Shown: piece by piece, positions 1 through 12,513 of the stretch
Numbering within the stretch: position 1 is the stretch's first letter
Layout of the letters: the number at the start of each line of letters is the position of its first letter
Assembly (NCBI GenBank): GCA_011041895.1
Contig: DRAE01000043.1
Coordinates: 1 to 41,072, forward strand
Origin: Candidatus Bathyarchaeota archaeon
GTDB taxonomy: Archaea > Thermoproteota > DRAE01
Direction of reading: 5' to 3'
DNA length: 41,072 nt
The notes under the pieces: model-generated
Database searches by the model: none
The model's input: the letters and a program-made list of their open reading frames with translations, nothing else
What the model was told of the DNA's origin: nothing
Made by a program: the position numbers and the translations under genes

Positions 1-1635
1 CTTGTGCCTGATATATCTGGTTCTTGCATTTTCAAGTGCTAGTGCTGCTGAGTCTATTTCAGCCTCTGCAGCTTCTATGCGTTCAAAGTATGAATTAAAT
101 TTACTGGATATGCTTGACAGTTTTGGTTTAAGAGTGGCAATTCTCCTATCTATTTCATCGATTCTCTTAGTCAGCTTTGAGACAGTGTCCCTGTACTGCT
201 TAACGCTTATCTTCTGCATGTAAAGTTGATCCTTGAGAGATAATTTTCTGATCATCAGTGAAACTTTCTCTTGTTGCAGCTGACAGAATTCGGTTACCGC
301 CTTCTCCTCGGATTTAGTGAGCTTCCTTTTCTCTTCCCTTGGGATTAGACGCATTACTGTGGAACGCTTTAAGTAAATGGCATAACCGATTATGACTAGA
401 ATAGCCAATGTAAGCAAGGGTCTAACCACGGTTGAGAATATTAAGTACTTCACTTCGATCTCAAGATTTTTCGTTGGGAATAAACAGGTATGCACAAAAT
501 GTGCCACTATTTTCTGGCATAGTGGCATGCCCTCTACTTTGCAGTCGACATTACAGTTGGAGAATGAGGATAAGGCAGGTAAGTCGACTATTAGCGTTAC
601 ATTTTCAGCAGGGATCTCTATGTCAGAGTATAGTGGTGGAATGATGATCTTTGATGTGAGTATGTCGATATCTTTAACAAAGGTTTCAAGAGGAGAAGTA
701 TATGTTAAGACCAGATGGTACTTGTTTCCATTCTTTAGATGAAATCTGAAGGGAACTGTTACGTTCGTTGCAGCATTATCTAACCCAAGTTTGACGGTTG
801 CAATTATTGGCCCATCATCGTCGAAAACGTAAATGTCTCTCGTACCTGGGGGAAGATGAAATGTTCTTTTGTCAACGAAGTTTCCACCGTAATGCTCGAT
901 GTATATTTCATCTCTGACATGCACTCCACTAAGTGGATCTATGCTCACTCTTCTAATCATTTTCGTGATCACTAGTTTAGCTGAGAGAGGGGAGGTGTAT
1001 CTGATGCTGTAGACTGGAGATGATAATGCGTTAAAGGATCGGCAGGAATAGTTTAGGGCAGGCATTCCACCAATCGTCGTCTTTGAAAATTCTGTTACAT
1101 TTGATGATTGAGATGTTACATCAGGAGCGAATTTGATGGTACATGTGTACCTTGATAAATTGTATTCAAGTATTGGACCAAGTGGGAGAATTCCTTCAAA
1201 GTTGTCTTGGCCAGTGCAGTTTATGACGTTTGCAAGTGCAAATGTCACGTTCAGATAGCTGTAGTTTCCATCTAACAGATTTGAAGCATAAATGACTATG
1301 CTGAGATAGTCATTTTCCATAGTTTGCACGGGTAGCTTTTCCCCTAGAGGATTAAATGCCTGGATACCATATATCCTATTTCTAAATATTAAGGGAATTG
1401 AAAATCTGAATACGCCAGCTAATATACTTGAGTTAAAGAAGTATGTCTGGTTTATCACGACTAGACAAGTTCTTTTAACGTCAACTAACCATGAAGCGTT
1501 TAGGGCATGTATCTCAGGCTGATGTGACTCTCTAATATAGGGAATATAGTCTAAGTTCGCTGAAGCCATGGATACGGGAAATGACAGCAGTATTGTAAGT
1601 GTGATTGCTAATAGTGCTAGCCTTTTGATCAGCAC
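1..1635 (-). CDS. Ribophorin I (RPN1/Ost1)-like type I membrane protein, 3' end outside window
   Basis: Not in the ORF track. Read by hand as a stop-free frame from GTG at 1635 (GGGGG SD-like run upstream; in-frame TTG at 1647) to the window edge. It has a signal peptide (LIKRLALLAITLTILLSFPVSMA), a sequon-rich beta-type ectodomain, one TM helix (RPLLTLAILVIIGYAIYL) and a helical cytoplasmic tail. Segments ITKMIRRVSI...HLPPGTRDIYVFDDDG...FRFHLKNGNKYHLVLTY resemble RPN1. Confidence 0.7.
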   Translation of the reverse strand, partial: MLIKRLALLAITLTILLSFPVSMASANLDYIPYIRESHQPEIHALNASWLVDVKRTCLVVINQTYFFNSSILAGVFRFSIPLIFRNRIYGIQAFNPLGEKLPVQTMENDYLSIVIYASNLLDGNYSYLNVTFALANVINCTGQDNFEGILPLGPILEYNLSRYTCTIKFAPDVTSQSSNVTEFSKTTIGGMPALNYSCRSFNALSSPVYSIRYTSPLSAKLVITKMIRRVSIDPLSGVHVRDEIYIEHYGGNFVDKRTFHLPPGTRDIYVFDDDGPIIATVKLGLDNAATNVTVPFRFHLKNGNKYHLVLTYTSPLETFVKDIDILTSKIIIPPLYSDIEIPAENVTLIVDLPALSSFSNCNVDCKVEGMPLCQKIVAHFVHTCLFPTKNLEIEVKYLIFSTVVRPLLTLAILVIIGYAIYLKRSTVMRLIPREEKRKLTKSEEKAVTEFCQLQQEKVSLMIRKLSLKDQLYMQKISVKQYRDTVSKLTKRIDEIDRRIATLKPKLSSISSKFNSYFERIEAAEAEIDSAALALENARTRYIRHK

Positions 1636-1713
1636 CGCCCCCTTCAAGCCATGTCCAAGCTATTTTACATATCAACTTATTTGAAGTAAATATAAGTGGT
1701 TATGGTGTATGGC

Positions 1714-2775
1714 ATGAAGGTTTGGCTCGATGCACTTACTGGAAAACAGATTCTGCTTGCAAAGTGTATTGCGGATGAGCTAGAAAGAAGAGGTGCTAAA
1801 ACCATTATCACGACAAGAAAATTTAAGGGAACACTTGAGATGGCCGAGTATGTCGGCTTGAAAAATCCCATAGTAATCGGAGATTATGGGAGGACTTTAC
1901 AGGAGAAGTTAAGGAAAAGTCTTGAGAGAAGTTTAAAGCTTATAGACGTAATCTCAGATTTCGACCCTGACCTCTGCATTTCACATTTTTCACCAGACGC
2001 TGGAAGAGTCACGATAGGGTTGGGGGTGAAGCATATATGCACACATGATACTCCACAGGTGCATTACATCATCAGGATGTCTGGAATGATTGTCGAAAAG
2101 ATAATGATCCCGAAGATAATGACCTCTAAAAGTTACTTTCCAGTCTCATATAAGGTTGTTAAACTTAGAGGGCCATTCTCTGCTATCTGGATGAAAAAAT
2201 TTAAACCATCGCGCAAAGAACTTGAGGAAAAAGGTTTGGATTTAGACAAGCCAATAGTCACTATAAGAACACATGAAGTATACGCATCCTATTCAACCCA
2301 TAGAAGCTTTGACAGCGACTTTATGATTCCGCTCGTCAAGAAACTTATAAAGAGGTTTCCAGAGTACCAATTTGTCATTTTACCAAGATATAGTGGCCAA
2401 GAGAGAATCTATGAAAAAGTCTCGAACAAGCTGATCGTTGTTAAGGATTTCATATATGCTCCCAATCTACTGAGTTTCTCCAAGCTTCTCATATGTGGTG
2501 GAGGAAGTATGATAGAGGAGGCAGCCTTTCTGGGAGTTCCAAGCATATCAGTTTACCCTGGAAAGTATGAGATAACAGAATTTCTTGTCAGGAAGAAAGC
2601 GGCATTTAAGGCCTCAAGCGTTGAAGAAGCTTACAAGCTTAGCTGTGAGATACTATCTAAGCCGGAGAATATGAAAGATGAATGGGGAGCTCACGTTAGG
2701 GAAATGCTATGGAGAATATTTGACGATCCCCTACCCCAGATAGCTGATGAAGCATTTAAGACTATAGAATCATAA
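1714..2775 (+). CDS. DUF354-family protein (GT-B fold, putative glycosyltransferase/epimerase-like)
   Basis: N-terminus MKVWLDALTGKQ, and GGGSMIEEAAFLGVPSISVYPG near the C-terminus. ATG at 1714 preferred over the GTG at 1696. Confidence 0.8.
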   Translation: MKVWLDALTGKQILLAKCIADELERRGAKTIITTRKFKGTLEMAEYVGLKNPIVIGDYGRTLQEKLRKSLERSLKLIDVISDFDPDLCISHFSPDAGRVTIGLGVKHICTHDTPQVHYIIRMSGMIVEKIMIPKIMTSKSYFPVSYKVVKLRGPFSAIWMKKFKPSRKELEEKGLDLDKPIVTIRTHEVYASYSTHRSFDSDFMIPLVKKLIKRFPEYQFVILPRYSGQERIYEKVSNKLIVVKDFIYAPNLLSFSKLLICGGGSMIEEAAFLGVPSISVYPGKYEITEFLVRKKAAFKASSVEEAYKLSCEILSKPENMKDEWGAHVREMLWRIFDDPLPQIADEAFKTIES

Positions 2776-2801
2776 ATAGAGTTTCGAATGGGTGAGGGGA
2801 T

Positions 2802-3113
2802 ATGGATGAGATACTGTATCCCATATTAATTCAAATGGGGGCCGGATTCTTTATAGGGTTTGCGGTAGGATATGCTCTCAAGAAGCTAATAAAGATTCTA
2901 ATAGTTTTAGCGGGGCTGTTTTTCATGCTGCTGCTTGCAATGGAGTACTATGGGATAGTCTCTATAAAATACGATAAATTGCTTGAGGCAGTTGAAAATC
3001 TCATAGGTGGAGTAAGTGGCGAGGCTCAGGGAATATATGCTCACATAGTAGCGCATCTACCATTTGCAGCAGCGTTTATACCAGGATTTGCATTTGGAGT
3101 GAAGAAAGGTTAA
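2802..3113 (+). CDS. FUN14-family membrane protein
   Basis: QMGAGFFIGFAVGYALKK...YYGIVSIKYDKL...PFAAAFIPGFAFG pattern; GGTGAGG SD upstream. Confidence 0.85.
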   Translation: MDEILYPILIQMGAGFFIGFAVGYALKKLIKILIVLAGLFFMLLLAMEYYGIVSIKYDKLLEAVENLIGGVSGEAQGIYAHIVAHLPFAAAFIPGFAFGVKKG

Positions 3114-3120
3114 AAGCAGG

Positions 3121-3197
3121 TGGTTGCGGGGGGAGGATTTGAACCTCCGACCTCCGGGTTATGAGCCCGGCGGGATACCAGGCTTCCCCACCCCGCA
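3121..3197 (-). tRNA. tRNA-Met(CAT), initiator type, CCA encoded
   Basis: Cloverleaf: TGCGGGG/CCCCGCA acceptor, CCGGG-CTCATAA-CCCGG anticodon arm with three consecutive G:C pairs, GGAGG-TTCAAAT-CCTCC T arm, ACCA end. Confidence 0.95.
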
Positions 3198-3234
3198 ATG
3201 CTCAAAAAATTAACTGTGAGGAGATATTTTAATT

Positions 3235-3471
3235 TTATGAAGTCACCGTCAACATGGTAAGTGTTGACCTAACCTTGTCAATTGTTCGGATTTTCCATCT
3301 AATGATGTTCTTCAGGGACTCGATGTTGTCCGCATTTATCTTGGCAATGATGTCATAGACTCCATAGACAATATAGGCTTCCTCGATCTCTGGGATCTTC
3401 TTCAGCTGCTCTAGAACCTCCTTTTCAGCTCCAATTTCGGTATTTATGAGCACATATGCAATAGCAGACAT
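3235..3471 (-). CDS. Lrp/AsnC ligand-binding (RAM) domain protein, stand-alone
   Basis: AYVLINTEIGAE...VYGVYDIIAKI...IRTIDKVRSTLTM is typical of demi-Lrp proteins. Confidence 0.9.
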   Translation of the reverse strand: MSAIAYVLINTEIGAEKEVLEQLKKIPEIEEAYIVYGVYDIIAKINADNIESLKNIIRWKIRTIDKVRSTLTMLTVTS

Positions 3472-3552
3472 GCTTCCACCACTCTCAGCTTTATCCTTAA
3501 AAGTAATTGTCCTTCTCCAGATTTAAAAGTAGCTCATTTAGAGGGGATTAAT

Positions 3553-3810
3553 GGCGAGGCAACGGTAATATGCCTTCTGCTTCTAGGGCTTCATCAGTCT
3601 AAGCGGGGGAAACCCCCTTATCTCCAGGGGCTGCACGCCGTTTCAACCAACCCGTCAGCATCGTCAAGTCATTCTCATCTGCTGACGGGGGTGCCGTTTC
3701 TGTTCGTGCAGTAGCGCTTTCGCGCTGCTGCCTTGCGGCAGCCCCCAAAAGACGGAGGGCATAATTTTCTCGGGAGCCTTAGGCTCCCGAGGAAGCCCCG
3801 TTGCCTCGCC
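3553..3810 (-). ncRNA. rnpB: RNase P RNA (compact, atypical)
   Basis: 13-bp closing P1 (GGCGAGGCAACGG/CCGTTGCCTCGCC), P2 GGGCTTC/GAAGCCC, P3 hairpin, P4 AA(T)TATGCC/GGCATATT, P5 CTCC/GGAG, CR-II ACAGAAAC, CR-III GGTTGAAACGG, CR-IV AGACTGAT, CR-V AGCAGAAGG...TTA, and a P12 stem with GA-rich internal motifs. Confidence 0.88.
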
Positions 3811-3811
3811 T

Positions 3812-3853
3812 CCACCGGGCATGTAGGCTGTCAACGCTCGACCAGCCCCTTTC

Positions 3854-3866
<13 letters not shown>
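3812..3866 (-). other. 3' strand of the 23S pre-rRNA processing stem with BHB motif
   Basis: Complementary to 6930-6985 (GGGCATGTAGGCTG/CAGCCTACATGCCC, TCGACC/GGTCGA, GAGGAGAGAACGC/GCGTTCTCTCCTC). A central GCGU/GCGU 4-bp helix is flanked by 3-nt bulges UGA and ACC. Confidence 0.8.
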
Positions 3867-6929
<3,063 letters not shown>

Positions 6930-6942
<13 letters not shown>

Positions 6943-6985
6943 TACTCAGGGCCGGTCGAGGTACGCCAGCCTACATGCCCAGTGG
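6930..6985 (-). other. 5' strand of the 23S pre-rRNA processing stem with BHB motif
   Basis: Complementary to 3812-3866. Confidence 0.8.
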
Positions 6986-7073
6986 TCATCTTTTATATCC
7001 CACCGGATTCAGCCCGTAGACTAAAGCTACGGACCTCATCTAAAAGTGGGATGGGGGAGGAATCGCTAGCGGA

Positions 7074-8577
<1,504 letters not shown>

Positions 8578-8740
8578 CTGACTGTACGGCCGCAAGGCCG
8601 TACGCTAGCGATTCCTCCCCCGTGTTCAGGGTTCTAATGAACCCCTCATTGTGTCGCCGCGGCTGGAGGCACCGCCTCATTGGTGGAACTCTCCTTGGCG
8701 GTGTGATACACCGCGGCAATAATAATATTCCTCTAGGTCA

Positions 8741-8755
8741 ATTTAAATTTTTGAA
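8741..8755 (-). promoter_or_regulatory. Probable BRE/TATA promoter of the rRNA operon
   Basis: Minus strand CAAAAA-TTTAAAT lies about 25 nt upstream of where the GC-rich structured leader begins (~8717). Confidence 0.55.
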
Positions 8756-8948
8756 AGATAATATAAACATTTCTTACATCTACTGGCTGGATATAGTGTC
8801 AAAGGTTGAGGTTATTATAGAAGCGGTATTTTGGATGTGACTAAGCGTTACTTTACACTTAGACGGTTGATGAGCAAATTCAAGACCTCCAAGGGAAATA
8901 AATTTAGTAACCAATATATCCCACATATTTCATTAAATTATGATAGAT

Positions 8949-9021
8949 GGGCCGGTGGCGCAGCTGGAAGCGCACCGCCCTTGCGAGGCGGGGGTCGTGG
9001 GTTCGAATCCCACCCGGTCCA
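8949..9021 (+). tRNA. tRNA-Ala(TGC)
   Basis: GGGCCGG/CCGGTCC acceptor with G3:U70; CCGCC-CTTGCGA-GGCGG anticodon arm. Confidence 0.97.
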
Positions 9022-9035
9022 CTTAACCTGACCAT

Positions 9036-9111
9036 GGCCGGGATCGGCTAGTGGTTAGGCTGGCGGCCTGTGGAGCCGCCGAGGTGGGTTCGAATCCCAC
9101 TCCCGGCCCCA
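9036..9111 (+). tRNA. tRNA-His(GTG), G-1 and CCA encoded
   Basis: G-GCCGGGA/TCCCGGC-C-CCA; GCGGC-CTGTGGA-GCCGC anticodon arm. Confidence 0.95.
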
Positions 9112-9114
9112 GAA

Positions 9115-9199
9115 GCGGGGGTTCCCGAGCCTGGCCGAAGGGGGCAGGCTTAGGACCTGCTGCCGTAGGGCTTCGTGGGTTCAAATCCCACCCCCCGCA
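9115..9199 (+). tRNA. tRNA-Leu(TAG)
   Basis: GCGGGGG/CCCCCGC acceptor, GCAGG-CTTAGGA-CCTGC anticodon arm, long variable arm. Confidence 0.97.
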
Positions 9200-9202
9200 C
9201 TT

Positions 9203-9289
9203 GCCGTGGTGGCGGAGTGGTTAACGCGGCGGGCTCGAGACCCGCTGCCCCTTGGGGGCTCGCAGGTTCGAATCCTGCCCACGGCGCCA
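9203..9289 (+). tRNA. tRNA-Ser(CGA), CCA encoded
   Basis: GCCGTGG/CCACGGC acceptor, GCGGG-CTCGAGA-CCCGC anticodon arm, long variable arm, G73-CCA. Confidence 0.97.
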
Positions 9290-9293
9290 ATAA

Positions 9294-9367
9294 GCCGGTG
9301 TAGCTCAGCCCGGTAGAGCGGCGGGCTGTTAACCCGTAGGTCGTGGGTTCAAATCCCACCACCGGCG
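9294..9367 (+). tRNA. tRNA-Asn(GTT)
   Basis: GCCGGTG/CACCGGC acceptor, GCGGG-CTGTTAA-CCCGT anticodon arm. Confidence 0.97.
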
Positions 9368-9385
9368 CCTTTGTACTCTCTACTT

Positions 9386-10465
9386 TTAACCTTCAATTTC
9401 TGAGAGTTTATCTGGCAGGTAGTTGTCGACTACGTATGTTAATCCGTATCTGCTGAATGCCTGTTGCTCAGCCTTCTTGCGTAATTTCAAAAATAGTTTA
9501 ACCTTACTTTGCCAGAACTTGTTTTGGTAGCGAACGTCTTTTTCAAGCTCCTTCAGACGCTTAATGTCTTGGTCGTTCATCTTGTCTGTTGGAAGCTTGT
9601 ACTTTATGATGTCATCCGGCCAAACACCTATCCACTTTGCATCTGGTGTTGCAAGGTCTTTAATGTGAGCTGCATGAGCGGATCCAGATATTATAACCAT
9701 TGCAATATGCATTCCCCAAGGATCCCCGTCCGTGAAAATGTACACGGGTAAGCCGAGCTCTTTATTTAATCTTCTAATGAGCCATCTAGTTGACCTGGGA
9801 GCTTGTCCTCCAGTATGGATTAAAATTGCCTTGTATCTTTTATGAACCTGCTCCTCTATGAATCTATCGAACATACCTCCCGACTCTATAACGATTACTC
9901 TCTCAGCTTTACATTCTACAAATTCAGCTGATACAAGTGATGGACCTATCATTATGCCAGATGGGTGAGAGTCGAGCCATACACGTCTGCCCTCGTAACC
10001 TGGGCATGTATACTCTACAAGTAGTTCTCCAAATATAGCGCTTCTCTCCTCGGGGAATATATGAAACTCCTCTCTTGCAGTGTCCAGTAGCGCCTCCATG
10101 TCAGCGATGATCTCATTGGACTCTTGCTGTGACTTAAAGAATATACCATATGCTTCAGCTGAATAGTATACGTCTCTCAGCGTGCTGCTCTTGTTCGAGA
10201 GCATTAGCTGCCTGATAAAGTATGCAAGCCACACCAGTTGCGAGAACTTTTTAACGTGGCGGATGTTTTTGGAATAACGCTTTATACGCTTAGGCCCTAA
10301 AACATACTGTCTGAGAGTTTCATCATATACAATATTTGCAGACGATCTACTCGGAATTTCAATTAATGGAAATCTTCCGCCGTCGATCTGTTCACATATG
10401 TTGAGTCCAAGAGACTTAATCTCAGCTAGAATTTGCCTCCTTTTCAACTCTACCTTCCTTGCCAA
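9386..10465 (-). CDS. top6A: DNA topoisomerase VI subunit A
   Basis: STLRDVYY catalytic Tyr motif, TOPRIM VIES...FTDGDPWG, KAEQQA. Confidence 0.97.
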   Translation of the reverse strand: MARKVELKRRQILAEIKSLGLNICEQIDGGRFPLIEIPSRSSANIVYDETLRQYVLGPKRIKRYSKNIRHVKKFSQLVWLAYFIRQLMLSNKSSTLRDVYYSAEAYGIFFKSQQESNEIIADMEALLDTAREEFHIFPEERSAIFGELLVEYTCPGYEGRRVWLDSHPSGIMIGPSLVSAEFVECKAERVIVIESGGMFDRFIEEQVHKRYKAILIHTGGQAPRSTRWLIRRLNKELGLPVYIFTDGDPWGMHIAMVIISGSAHAAHIKDLATPDAKWIGVWPDDIIKYKLPTDKMNDQDIKRLKELEKDVRYQNKFWQSKVKLFLKLRKKAEQQAFSRYGLTYVVDNYLPDKLSEIEG

Positions 10466-11966
10466 TAGCCTCAGCCTCCAGCTTTTCTATAAGGGAGCTA
10501 TATTCCGGAGGCTCCCTTTCAGCAAGTTCAGACGCGAAAAACGCAATTTTAGACAGATACTTTTCGAGAATGGCCTTTCTCTTAAGGAATGAAGCCCTCC
10601 TCTTCTTCTTTGACAGATACAGTTTCAGCTTTCTAGCGCATTCAAGTAATGCCAGCTTTATTTCCTGATGAATTTCTGGGATGTCTGCGATATACTCCTT
10701 GCACAGTGTCCTATATGGGAGTTTATCGGAGCAAACATGGGTCACTATGACTATTGGAGCCTGCATTGGAACTCCGTATCGGCTCCACTTAATCTCATCT
10801 ACAACTTTTTTACTCACATCCTCTGAAAGAGAGTGGAGAAGTGGAACTTTGTTTGCATACCTTATGATTTTAAAAGAGTCCTTGGGTTTAATTTCGCCTC
10901 CATATGCCAAGGCGCACTCTACTATGAAAGCATGGCCTCTATATGATGAGGGCTTTCTCGCTGAAACAGCTATAAACTCCGGTAAAAGCTCTTTCCTTAT
11001 TCCCTCGTAGAGAATATGATCACCTATAGGTGAAAGGTGCCCACTTTGCGGTCTCTCAAACCTAACGTGTCGAAAAGCATCGAGTAAGGCCTTTCTCTGG
11101 GAAATTGTAAGCTTCTTGGGATTCAAGCTCTCAGGAATACCTGCCTTCCTCAAAATCTCTATTGCCCTTTTCCTACCAATCCTCTGAAAGTTATCCATTA
11201 GAAAGGAGATCATATCCTTGGATCTAGAGTGTAGAATTATCTCCTTAAGCTGCTCCAAGTCAACACCATGCGGATGATACACTGTTTCTTTTGGGGGTTC
11301 TGGCACTTCAGAGATACCCCTCTTAAACTCATAGACTACTCCATGAGGATCAATAAAGACTATATGTGCATGAGGATTGGCGATGGCGGTATTTTTCAAG
11401 TATTCCAGTATTCTGTGCCTAGCATTTCTGTAATTTCCTTTTATGAAGACGCTTACCAATGTACCTCTCCAAGCAAAGTTTGCCACATACCTCTTACAGC
11501 TTATTATGTGCGGCTTGTTTTCCGAGACCTCCATTAAAAGCTCAAAGTAGTATATGTTTCTGCCATCAGAGCTTGATATAACTGTAGTAGGGTAATGCGC
11601 TGTCATTTGACCGTATAAGATAACATTTTTGATGCCTATTCCAAAAACTCCTCTCGTTTGTTTCGTAGTATATTTTGACCCGTAAAGCATACTACCAAAC
11701 GCAAATGGAACATTAAACGCTGGAACACCTGATCCATTATCCCAAACTAAAATGTTAAATATTCTCTTATCGGGATCCACTTCGAGAATTCGGATAAAGA
11801 TTTCAGGTAAAACTCTAGCTTCTTCACACGCATCCAGACTGTTATCGACTAGTTCTTTAACAGACGTGTAAAGAGCTTTAGAAGGATTTTCAAACCCGGT
11901 TAAAGAGATATACTCTTGAATTAACTTTGATATTGTTATTCGCTTATACTTCTTGCCCAAACTCAT
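10422..11966 (-). CDS. top6B: DNA topoisomerase VI subunit B
   Basis: GHKL motifs ELVDNSLDACE, DNGSG, GSKY...RGVFGIG; RYANKVPLL. ATG at 11966 preferred. Confidence 0.96.
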   Translation of the reverse strand: MSLGKKYKRITISKLIQEYISLTGFENPSKALYTSVKELVDNSLDACEEARVLPEIFIRILEVDPDKRIFNILVWDNGSGVPAFNVPFAFGSMLYGSKYTTKQTRGVFGIGIKNVILYGQMTAHYPTTVISSSDGRNIYYFELLMEVSENKPHIISCKRYVANFAWRGTLVSVFIKGNYRNARHRILEYLKNTAIANPHAHIVFIDPHGVVYEFKRGISEVPEPPKETVYHPHGVDLEQLKEIILHSRSKDMISFLMDNFQRIGRKRAIEILRKAGIPESLNPKKLTISQRKALLDAFRHVRFERPQSGHLSPIGDHILYEGIRKELLPEFIAVSARKPSSYRGHAFIVECALAYGGEIKPKDSFKIIRYANKVPLLHSLSEDVSKKVVDEIKWSRYGVPMQAPIVIVTHVCSDKLPYRTLCKEYIADIPEIHQEIKLALLECARKLKLYLSKKKRRASFLKRKAILEKYLSKIAFFASELAEREPPEYSSLIEKLEAEAIGKEGRVEKEANSS

Positions 11967-12513
11967 GGTAGTATCCTCTTTCAAGGGCCATTAGGCGAGC
12001 CTGCTCTCTCTTTAGGAACCTAAACACTGTTGGATGGGGGGCGCCGCGTATAAGCATTAGAACAGCTTTCTTAGCTGACTTCACGTTCTCGTATTTGCCT
12101 ATCACGGCAACTGTTTTCCTATATACCTCCAGCATAGTGTCGGTGTACTCTTCGATTTTCTTCCAAGCTTTTCCCTTTCTGCCTATGATTCTACCTTTAA
12201 CTCTTCTATATTCCTCCTCTTTGTCTGGGAGATACTCTGAGAGATCTATTACTTCAAGCATATACTCGTCTGAGAGAAGCTTTAACGCCTTCTGGGGATT
12301 GAAGCCAAGCGCTATGGCACGGACAATTTCTCTAGCTTTCATACCATTTAACATGTCATCGAAGAGTATTTTAACAGCTCCAGTAGAGCTGTCGACCTCT
12401 ATCTTAGTGGAGGTCAACTTCTCGATCATGGACTTAACTTCGCCCTTCTTCCCTATCAGTACGCCTACGCGGTCGAGTGGAACGTTTAAATATATTATGT
12501 TTTTCTCACTCAC
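11944..12513 (-). CDS. KH-domain ribosome biogenesis factor (aDim2/Pno1)
   Basis: Two KH GxxG motifs (IGKKG, IIGRKG) and RGAPH; conserved eIF1A-rio1-dim2-top6 context. Confidence 0.92.
   Translation of the reverse strand: MSEKNIIYLNVPLDRVGVLIGKKGEVKSMIEKLTSTKIEVDSSTGAVKILFDDMLNGMKAREIVRAIALGFNPQKALKLLSDEYMLEVIDLSEYLPDKEEEYRRVKGRIIGRKGKAWKKIEEYTDTMLEVYRKTVAVIGKYENVKSAKKAVLMLIRGAPHPTVFRFLKREQARLMALERGYYHEFGQEV

Noticed and set aside
2..742. Plus-strand ORFs 2-223, 392-742 and 432-644
   Set aside because: They are antisense to the long minus-strand ribophorin-like frame.
3651..3790. Inverted repeats considered as terminators or a MITE
   Set aside because: They are explained as P12, P9, P8 and P3 of the RNase P RNA.
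9150..9362. Minus-strand 70-aa ORF with repeated GFEP
   Set aside because: It is the antisense translation of tRNA T-loops; neither a protein repeat nor a CRISPR array.
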